A stretch of 64,000 bases of DNA from Chrysomallon squamiferum (lineage: Eukaryota > Animalia > Mollusca): contig CM022679.1 in the NCBI GenBank assembly GCA_012295275.1, positions 25,730,001-25,794,000 on the forward strand, written 5' to 3'. The notes beneath the pieces are model-generated. The model worked only from the letters and a program-made list of their open reading frames with translations. It was not told the origin of the DNA and ran no database searches. The position numbers and the translations under genes were made by a program. Position 1 is the stretch's first letter. Each line of letters opens with the position of its first letter. Below are positions 14,801-26,600 of the stretch, in pieces.

Positions 14801-16638
14801 ACCTCGGAATATAAAATTGTTTTGTATGAAAGTATTATGGCAAGTGTTGTAGTAAAAATATACAGTGATACCTCGACTTACTAGTGCCGCAGCTTACGAG
14901 TCTTTTGAGTTACGAGCTGTCACCTGGTTGATTTTTTTGCTTTGAGTTGTGAGCCAAAATCTAATTTACGAGTGAGCTTCAGATATGCAGCCGCTAGTTG
15001 GCACAACAAACAACATAACATCCGGCCAACATCCCTCGTGTCACTTGTTTACTTCACATGGTTACCTCGCTATGGAAGCATCTCTGTTGTTTTGTACTGT
15101 GTTTTGCTAAATTTATTTTTTCTGGCCATGGATCCTAAGAAAGTGAGTGCAAAGGTCAGTGCTGAGAAGAAGCGGATGATGTCCATTGAATTAAAGCTTG
15201 AATTCTTAGAAAAACATGAGTTATGTGGGCGTGTTGTCAATATGGCTAGGCAGTACACGTGTAGTACTTCTACGATATGTACCATACTGAAGCAGAAGGA
15301 GTCGATAGAGGCTGTAACTCCAGCCAAAGGTGTTAAAATAATTTGTCAGATCTCCAAGACAAATATGCTTTACAAAACCAATTTATTTCTTTACATTCTC
15401 TTTTATTTTGTTTTTACACATTATTTGTCCTTTATATACATTTTTCTTATTTAAAAACACATTACAAAAAATAAATAATAATAGGTGGTGTTTGGGGGGA
15501 TGGAATGGATTAATGGTATTTCAGTTAATTGATTTGATATATGAGCAAATTGAGATACAAGCTCATCATGGAACAAATTAAACTAAGTAAGTGAAGGTAC
15601 CACTGTAATTTCTCATACTGAATCATTGTTGTGACATTAAAACATTGATTAAACAGAAGATGGTGCTTTCAGTCAAATTTAATATACACAACAAGATCAA
15701 GAATCCTAATGTGGTAGAGAAACTTTACATTCAAATACATAGAATTATTTGTATATCAAATTGAAAAGTATCTGAATTCACTTAGTGTAACAGAACTTTA
15801 TTATATTATTATTATTATATCATAACTTTATTATATTATTATTATTGTTTTATCATAACTTTTTTTTATTATTCCCCCAATAGAACCTGTTCTTGTTGTG
15901 ACTTTGGTGGTGGGGGGTGGAGAAAATACCATGGCAACCGTCCGTGAATCTGTCTACCAACAGATACCTGTTGTTGTCATAGAGGGAACAGGGGGAGCAG
16001 CAGACTTTATATCTAAAGGTTATAAACTTACAGAACCTAGTGAAAAAGAGTAAGTTTCCATATATATACTTTGTATTTACTGTTGTTGTTATAGTTATTC
16101 TTCTACTTATTATTATTATCATCATTATTATCACCTTTATCTCTCTTGGTTATAATCTTACAAAACTTAGTAAAAACAAATGACTTTCAATATTTCATTT
16201 CTGATAGACTTTTAGTATTATTTTATTATTTTCACCTTCCCTTTACAAAATAAAATGCTGAAGAAGATTTAAGACCATTTAAATTCAACCATGTATTATT
16301 AGTACTAAATGTATTTCTTTTTCAAGTCCTGAGAAATCTGATTTTACTCATGATTTTGACAATACAATGAAAGACCATGCCACAGAAATGTTTGAGCAGT
16401 ATAAGGATAGAAAGGAAATTTTAGAAAAATGTTTCAATGATCTGATGGAAACTTTACAGAGTAGAAATCTGGTAAATACATCTACAGTAATATTTTTCAT
16501 AAACCTTTTTTCATTTATTCAGGTTGTCAGAAAAGAATAGTAAAACCATTGTAATGTATGGATGAAACTAATTCCATTATAAATATAAAAAGAAAGAAAA
16601 GAAAAAATAGTTCCATGAAAACATTTTCTATTTGCCTT

Positions 16639-16679
<41 letters not shown>

Positions 16680-19600
16680 ATAAACTAATTTATAAACAAA
16701 CAAAATGTTTGAATAATTGTACTGTTTAAATTGGAGGCTCTAAACACAGTGGCTTTCATACATAACTCCACAAAAACTGTTTATTTTTCATCATTGATTT
16801 TCAAATAGCTGTTTGTTTCAGGTTACATTACTTAAACTTGAGACTGAAGAGGCCATTAAACATGCAATTCTCAGAGCCTTGATTAAAGGTTATTTGTGAT
16901 TTTTATTACTGTCTGAGAAATTAAATAATAATAATAAAATGTAAATATATCTAAAGTGTATATATCTAACTGAGCCGTACTAGAAAGTTACTGAACTTTA
17001 TTGCAGAACATTGGCTTTAGTGACAAGTCCTTCAGTTGGCCTACTTTCAGTTACATTTGTAACATTATCAGAAGATATGTTCTATGACCTGTGGATATCT
17101 TTTACCTTTTCAGCTAGAGAAAAGGACAGTCACATATCACAGTCTTTTATTCACTAATTAGGCTAATTAGAAGTCATAGATTGATGGCAGTATTATAAAA
17201 TATATTCATGATTTTTTTTCAGCAAGTGTATTTTAGTGAATGACATTTTTCCATATTAGTCCATGTAAAATGTTCATGAACTGGTTCCACCCAGAGGGAC
17301 AAAGGCTCATATCATTTTCTGATATGTAGATAATGAAATGAGGTAATATCGAGTAGCTTTCTGTTATATTCACTCTGAAATATTTCTGATAATGCCCTTA
17401 GTTTGGTATCATCAAATTAAATAAAACAGGTGACTTGCTTTTATACATGCTAATAATAATTTTCACGCTTCAAAATAACCAATTTGAGTGTTTATTTTTC
17501 CAATATAGTGTTACTTGATGTTGCGATAAATTTGGTAATTCATCAATTCCCAGGAAAACTTACCTTTGTTCATTTGTATCAGTTGCACTATTTTTCTAGA
17601 TGACTGAACATGGCTGCCTGTAAATGATTAGAATTAACTTGTGACACAATTTCTGATTTTTGCAAATTTTCAAGCAGATGATGAGGAAAAGCTTCTGACC
17701 TCTGGCAGTCAACCTTTGAGGTTTATATGCATATGATGTGGAATTGATAGGGAAATACAAAACATAACTTGAGTGGTTAATTTTCAGGATGAAAATTATT
17801 GAAATCTGTTCAGTTCAAATGGCTCTGCTCTTATTTTATTATCTACATAGACCTCTCAAGAAAATTCTGTGAGCCTTTGTCTCTCTGGGTGGTACCAAAT
17901 TCTGGCCAATACTGCATCTCTAGTAACTATATCCAGACATGTATCATTTTTTTTTTTTTGCTATTTATAAATCTTATAAATAGATTATTTTACATTATAT
18001 GAATAGTTTACATCATTTTTAGCCAAGAAAATAGATGTCAATACTCAGCTGAAATGGGCTATTGAGTGGAACTGCTGTGACATTGCCAAGAATGAAATAT
18101 TCAACAAAGAAAATAGGCAAAACCTGGAGGTAACTTAATTATTTTCATTTTCAAGACAACATTTTATTTTAAATAACTTCAGTTTGCAGTACATACTTTA
18201 CTAAATCATAATGGTGTTAGACATATATAAAAAGTGCTGAAATACTACATAACACTGAGTGCATTCTGGAGTTCAGAGTGGTGATTCTCAAGCCTATCTC
18301 AAACCCATAATGTCTTATTTTGTCCTTTTAAACAGTGGTAAAATACTTATAGAGTAATATTATTAATTACTACTAATAATATGCTGATAAAATTTTCATC
18401 GTAACATTATTACCTGTTTTACTGTTGAAAGATTTGTCATTCCTGGCTTAGACATAATATCATAAAAAGATGTAATACAATTAATTATTTCTTTATATAT
18501 TTATTTTAATTTTAATTTTTATGTTCATTCTAATTATTATTATTATTATTTTTATTGTGATTATTATTATTTTTTTTATTTTTTAATTTTTTAATTTTTA
18601 ATTCAGAAAATAAAATTAGATAAATCAATGATGACAGCTCTTGTGGAAAACAAAGTAGACTTTGTAAAGCTTTTTATTGACAATAATACTGACATTCATA
18701 TTGATGTGAAGAAGTTTTTGACCATTAAAAACCTTCATAGTCTCTATTACAAAGTAAGTTAAAATTATCTATTGTTATTATTTTTTTTTTTGAATTGAAA
18801 TTACTATGTTCTGTTTATTTACGTAACCAAATTTGATTCATTAGATCGTTATTATTTTATTATTATTATTTCTGTATTTTTAAAAACTGTTTTATTTATT
18901 TAAATGCTTTTCCATTTTATTATTATTTATGTTGTTATTATTTGTTTATTTCTCATCTTTCAAGTTACTTTTCCTATTAATTAATGTTTTTTTTAATGGT
19001 TTTCTGTGTTTTTTTTTTTTTAACAATCTCATAAACTCTAATTTATTTGTGATTTGTGATTATTATTTGATTGTTTTAAATTTTTGTTTCCCAGCTTTAT
19101 AAACAGAAATCCGAGTTATTTAATCTTCTGATTGACAACATCAGGGTAAATATTTTGATTTTCTAATAGGTTCTCAGTTAGTATCACCTTATAACTGGTA
19201 GATCATGGTTACACAGAGAATGTAGAAAAATATAATATGATGCTCACAATATTTTCTAACAACCTTTTTGTAATTTGTTTATCTATCTATCTATCTATAT
19301 ATCTGTCTATCTATCTATCTATAATGTTATATGTTGCTTTTATTTTGTGCATTATGTGAATTTTGAATTTACAGGCTGTCAGTGTTATCTTATAGCTGGT
19401 TAGAGAATGTAAAAAAATATATGATCTTAACAAGCTTTTCTAACAACCTTTTTTAACCAGCTTTTTGTAGTTTGTTTGTACATACATATATATATATATA
19501 TGTTATATTGCTTTTATTTTGTGCATTATGAATTTACATTACACTATAGTTATCTAAGAAATTAAAATAATAAAACAGTTTCTTTCTGTTTATTTCACTT

Positions 19601-22600
19601 TGTTTTTCTCTTACTAACATAATTACTGTGTTATACTGTATTTAATTCAGCAGAACACCTGGACAGCCTATTTCTCTCGTAAACCAAGAGAACCCTCTGA
19701 AGACTTCCCAGATTTGTTGATACATGTTGGTAAACTCATTGAACTCCTGCTCAGGCCCCAGCCTTTTGACTTCTACTCAGGTACATATCCCATAGTTTAT
19801 ATTATTCAGGATATTTCTATATTTCTGACAGTCAGTGTGTCACAAAAAAAAAAAAAAAAAAAAAAAATAATATATATATATATATATAAAAATAAATAAA
19901 TAAATGAAACAAATATGTACAAATTAACTGAAAGTGAATAAATAAAGAAATCCTAAAACGTTTTTGAGCAGCCAAAACAGCTTAAAGTTCTCACATTATC
20001 TTGTAAATGATCTTTAGAATTTTATTTTATTTACAGATGAAAGTTTATTTCATCTAAGAAAGGAGAAAATGTCTGGAGATAACTCACCATTACAAAACCC
20101 AGAACAACATTTATTTATCTGGGCTGTTCTCTCCAACCGCAAAGAAATGGCTGCACTGTTCTGGCAGCTTGGGAAAGACCAGCTAGGTAACAGAAACTTA
20201 AAATATTATTATACTGTTATTGTAAAACATTTACCATTTGTATGATAATATGAAATAAAAATAAACTGATTTGTTATTACACTACTGTGATTAGGATTTT
20301 TTAAAGAATATATACTCTCTATTTTAGTTTGTTATTGTTATCATTGATGATTTCATTGCTGTTGTTTGTGAGGTGTTTGTTGGCAGGTGTCGATTTATTT
20401 TGTGATGTTAATTATTTATTGTGTTTTAGTACAGTAACAGTCACCTAAGAAATGAGAGATCCATGGATCAAATCTTCTCTAATCTGACTTTATTAGTTCT
20501 ATTCAATCTTGTCACTTGTTTATAGTTTTTCAAAGTTTACTCTATTAGTGTGTTCTGTATTAAACTTAATTATAATCTTGTGTTGTTTCAGGGTCAGCAA
20601 TGATTGCCTTTGTCCTGCTAAAATCTCTGTCTAAACAGGCTGAAAATACGGGAAAATTGGAAATTAGTAACAATCTGGTAGAGCTTGCAGAGTAAGTAAT
20701 TCTTCCACTAATTGTATGTTTGAAGTTTTTAATTAATGTTCCATTCAAAGAAATGTGTAAATATATCTCTCTTACCCATATACTTTGTGAGTTTGCATGT
20801 TCTAACTAATATTCTGTTGAAAGAAATTTTTAAATGTATTTCTATTATCCATATGGCTTGACCAGCAGTGAGCAATATTTTTTGGATTAATTTCACTCAG
20901 CTGATCAGAACATTTCAGACAAATGTTGATCAGGTCATAGGTGGCCTAAACAAAACTCACAAATTCAAAAATACAACAATAATTAATTTACTACTATAGA
21001 TATCATACACAGAGAAACAAATATTTTATAATTTATAATAGATTGTCTGTGAATAGTACAACATTGGGTCATAAACTTGTATTTGAAGATGAAAAAGAAA
21101 ATCAATGGAAAGCAATCCATACCAAAAAAATACCTAAAAAGGTTTAATATAGCTTACACAGTAAGCCTACTTCATAATAACAATAATATTTGGCATTGCT
21201 ATTGGCAATGTTATCAGGTACCAGAAACCAGAACCTGGAATAGTTGTACTTTGTTTGTTTGGAAAACTGGGGCATGGAGTATAAAGTTAAAATAGGAAAT
21301 ACTCTATATGAATCAAGAATATAAGATGGAAAATAAGAAGTTAAATGAATAAATGATTTTATGTTTTTATTCCAGGATGTTTGAAAGACTTAGCAAAGAT
21401 CTGCTGTCAGAGTGTTACAAAGAAGACACGAATGTGACATATCGGTTGTTACTTCGAGAATCACCATCATGGGGTAACCTCACGTTGTTCAAGATTGCTG
21501 ATACCTATGAAATGATGGACTTCACAGAACACTCCCTATGTAAAAAAAGTCTCAACAGCATCTGGAAAGGTCAGATGGTGCAGCATACTTCAGAACTAAA
21601 GGTATCCTTGTTCAATATCTCACATTTAGAAATCAGAATTCAGTAGCAAAACAGGAGTGAACTTTGAAGTGATGTGAACCTTCTTGCATATAGTGACGAA
21701 ATCTGTCTGCACATAATTTAAAGTTACTATATAATTATAATTTTGAAATAATTTGTTTTTTCTTTTAAAATTGAGGTACTTGATTCACCCATTTTTTTTT
21801 TATCTTCTTATTTTATTTTTTATTTTTTTATTTCAGTCATTTCTAAATTTCAGTTGTTGGGATATTCTCATCCTTCTTTCTTGTTTTATATGTAATTCTT
21901 CAGTTTGATCTTTCTTTTATATCACAGTTTTTTGGCCTTATTACAGATCTTCCTTTGCATTTTGCTTCCCATATTCCTCCCTCTGATCAAATTCACTTCC
22001 CAAAACAAACCTATCAAGAGATGGATCAGTAGTAACAAGGTTGACGACGAAAACAAGCCTACAAAACTTGATATTGAGAAGACAGAAAATGTAGAATACA
22101 GAGTGACTCTGTTTGGCAGTGAACACACTATCAACCATCTGTCTGCTTGGATATATTTCTGTACTGCCCCAGTCACTAAGTTTTTCTTCAATGTGGTAAG
22201 AATTATGAATGATGGTACATTCATCTAAAATTGTCTGCTGTTTGTCAAAATATTAAAGAAGCTGTTTTACTTTAGTAAATAGTTATAATCCTTCAAAATT
22301 TATTGGTAATAAACTCCAATTTTTATTTTATAGTTTTTTTCTCTCCATATTAGTATTTTATTTCATGTATACCAACCAGATTTTTATTTATAAATGGTTC
22401 AGAATAATCCAGGTTTTTTTGTTTGCCTCTCTCCATCTCTCTTGGTTTATCTTTTTCCCCATCTCTCTTTCTATAATGTTTTTGAAAGCAGTGCATACAA
22501 AGAAAAAAATTTACTCTTACTTTTTTAGTTGTCCTACATAGTGTTGCTAGGCATTTTCAGCTACTTTGTGTTGGTGGATCTCCGACCTCTGGGAGAGTCA

Positions 22601-23628
22601 GAATCTCAATCCAAGTGGGAAATTATTACATGGATTTGGATTTTTACCATGATTGTTGAAGAAATTAGGCAGGTGTGCAGTCATTTATCTTAGATTATTT
22701 TGATCTTTATGAATACTTCTAATGGAAAAAAAGAACAACCAAATCATTTTCTTTATTATCATATCATAGTTTTGTGTCTTCCATAGATTTACTCTGAAAC
22801 TGTTGAAAACAAACAGCCTAAATGTTTTTTGTAGTTTTTCTGCAGGAACATCTTCATCAAATACACAAATTTATCCTTTTTGTAAATGTGATGCGTTGTA
22901 ATTTTTTCTAGATTTTTATGTATAATATATGAAATCAAAGACATTTTATTTTTTGTCTAGAATGAATTGTTTTACTTTTTTCAACATTTTTATCCTAATG
23001 AACTCTACTATGTCAAATATAGATATTTTACTTTTTTCTAGAATTTTATGTGATAAACATTAAATCAAATACAAGATTTTTAGCTTCTTTTTTCTTTCTT
23101 CATTTTTCTACATGATAAACTTTCTTCAAATACAAGACAATTAAAATCTTTCCTACCTTTTTGCCATAACCAGTTCTTCACCAAATATATATATATATAT
23201 ATGATCCATTTTTTTCTAGATTTATTCCCACAGTAAGCACTCCTTCAAATACAAGATTCAGATGTGGTCATATGACACGTGGAACAGGTTTGACTATTAC
23301 ATGTACGTCATGTTCATTGGTTGCTTCATTCTACGTTGGAGTCCACACAACTCAGACTTTATCTGGGCACGCAGACTGTACAGTCTGACACTGACCATGT
23401 TCTATCTCAGATCTCTGCAGTTCTTTCTTGCTGCAGAAAACACAGGGCCTAAAGTGATCATGATACGTGAAATGGTAATGTAGAGATTAATTTCAATTTA
23501 TCAGGAATGTAATCATGGTTGGGTTTTTTGTTTCTTTTATTTTGTGTTATTTTTCTATTTTTTATTTTTTGTTGTCTTGTATTTTTATTAAATTCATTTG
23601 TTACTATTTTATTAATATTATTATTGTG

Positions 23629-23682
<54 letters not shown>

Positions 23683-26600
23683 GCTTAATCTAATATATTT
23701 AGTGATAATACGATCATTTTATAATGATAATCATAACATTTATTTCTTAGATTTATTATTTTTTCTTTTTTTTATTAGTGCAAAGTGATAATTATAATTA
23801 TAAGTCTGTTATGAATCTTGTGATATTTATTTTTGTCGGTGTATTTGTTTTATTTATGAATACATACATATGCAGATGTTATTTAATAATCTTATATTAA
23901 CTTATTTTTCAGCTGACTGATCTGTTTCATTTCCTTTCCATCTACCTTGTGTTTCTGGTCAGTTTTGGTATTGCTTACCACATCAACATGTACCCAAACT
24001 CACCACCATCATGGACGATTCTCAAAAATGTGTTACAATTGCCCTACTTTCAGATGTATGGTGAACTTTCCCTAGATAACATGCAAGGTATTTATTTTAT
24101 TTTTACTAGAGATTTGCTTAATTTTCAGTATAATTCTTGCTTTGATCTCAAATTTAAAATTATTTTCAGGTTATTTTGTAAAACATCATTCTCATTTATA
24201 CAGAATCAATATTTAGTCTGGCAGTTAGAATTTTTTCTAACAAATTGTCTTGCCTTAGCATCTGCCGTTTCAAATAGTGTTTCTATAAATTGACAATTCT
24301 TTATTCAGAACACTATAATATATGTTAGCAATTACAAATATGTGGTATTTCAGAACATGAAGATTTGAAACCAGTTATTTAACACACTAGAAATATTTCC
24401 TTATCACTTGTACTTATTTATTTACTTGTATATTATTCATGTAAAGAAATACCAGGTTGTACAAGGTATAGAAATATTTACTTACTCATTTGTACTTGTT
24501 TACTTTGTTTAGTTATTTACTTTATTCACTTATTATTCAGTTGAAGAAATATCTAGCTGTACATCTAACCATATAAGTATTTACTTACTTACTTGTTCTT
24601 CTACATTTTATTTACTTGCTCACTACTTCTGTATGTATTTCTTTACTCACCGTTATTTCAGTATTTATTCACTTGTTTTTCCCTATTTTATTTTCTTGCT
24701 CACTTGTTCTTCTATATTTTATTTACTTACTCACTTACATTTGTTTATTTACTTGTATATTATTCATGTAAAGAAATACCAGGCTGTACAAGGTATAGAA
24801 ATATTTACTTACTCATTTGTACTTGTTTACTTTGTTTAGTTATTTACTTTATTCACTTATTATTCAGTTGAAGAAATATCTAGCTGTACATCTAACCATA
24901 TAAGTATTTACTTACTTACTTGTTCTTCTACATTTTATTTATTTGCTCATTACTTCTGTATTTATTTATTTACTCACTTTTATTTCAATATTTTATTTAC
25001 TTATTCACTTGTTCTTCTGTATTTTCATACTCACACTTCTACATTTTATTTACTTGCTCACTACTTCTGTATTTATTTCTTTACTCACTTTTATTTCAGT
25101 ATTTATTCACTTGTTTTTCCCTATTTTATTTTCTTGCTCACTTGTTCTTCTATATTTTATTTACTGACTCACTTACATTTGTTTATTTATTTATTTGTTA
25201 TTCAGGTGAAGAAACACCAGACTGTACACATAACCAGTCTATTTGGCAGGAGGATCCAGATCTGAGATGTCCAGAAGGTGATGGTCTGAGCATTCTGTTG
25301 TCGTCCATCTACCTGCTGCTGACAAACATTCTCCTTGTCAACCTTCTTATTGCCATGTTCAGGTTAGTCAAAGATTTTAAAGTCATACTGTGTTGTTATT
25401 GCAGAAGATATGGCAGATATTTGTTAAACTGCTGTTTTTGGGGTGTTATTTTTTTTTATACAACTTGAATATATGATAGGAATACATTTTGCATATACTA
25501 CATTATTATTGTTTGAACTTCAAATATAAATCTACTGCACAATAAATAATTACAATATAAAAAAAGTATATTTCTCCTGTTCTTAACATCATCAAAAATC
25601 CACTTTTATTTAGTAGAATAACATTATTTTTCAGTGACTAATTTCTGTCAGATGCTGATTTTCTTTTCTTTTTTTCTTTTCTTTCCTTCTTTCTTTCTTT
25701 CTTTACTTATTTTAACATTTCTATTTAAGCACAGATGTGATAAAGAAAAGAGTGTCAGCCTCCATGCAACTTGACAAGATTTTTTTTTTTAACTTGTTAA
25801 CATAACTCTATTTTTGTAGTTGTTTTTTTTCCAGTCATACATTCAAGAGAATTCAAGACAAATCAAAGAAAGTATGGCAATTTCATCGCCTCGCTCTCAT
25901 AACTGAATACTGCGATTGCCCCAACCTGGTTCCTCCTTTTATCTTTTTGGAGCATTTGTTCAGGATTTTTAGATGGATGCTAAACAAGACATATAAAACA
26001 GGTGAGAAACTAAATGCTTTAATGAGTACTTTTTTTTATATCTGTGATAGTAAAATATTAGTTAGTATTAAAAATATTGTGAAATAGAGAATAATACAGA
26101 AAATATGTCTGTTGCAGTTACTACTCAAGATATTTATTTCAAATGTTATTAAGCAGCCAAAGTGTTATTTCTGCACATCATAGTGTTTTGTTTTCAACTA
26201 TTACAGATATGTAACAAGTATATTATGGATATAGATAATACATTATGATGCAGAAAGGGAGAAATTCTGATATGTTTTAAAACAATTGTTTTATTTTGAC
26301 CCGTGCCTGACAAACAAATAATATCATAAACAAACACATTACAAAAAAATATATATATATATAAACAAAGAGAAAAAAAAATTAATACATAAATACATTT
26401 TTGAAAAAATAACAATAATATATAAATAACAAATAAAAATATTTTGATAAAAATTTTGGTTTATCCAAATTATTTTGTTCATAAGGAAACCATTGCTAAC
26501 AGTAAATGTAACAAATATGTAAAGATTTTTCAACTCTTTTTTTTTTTTGTATGTTCATGACACAGTGAACCAGTAATTGTGTTACGCTGTTTTTTTATTT

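Noticed and set aside
14942-15454. Functional TIGD gene or transposase
   Set aside because: Only the first HTH is present; it is an internally deleted element.
16955-17382. Possible old inverted-repeat element in TRPM intron 9
   Set aside because: End similarity (AGAAAGTTACT vs AGTAGCTTTCT) is too short and degenerate to call by eye.
24593-25205. Hydrophobic ORFs as extra transmembrane segments
   Set aside because: They are translations of T-rich intronic repeats; S1-S6 are already accounted for.
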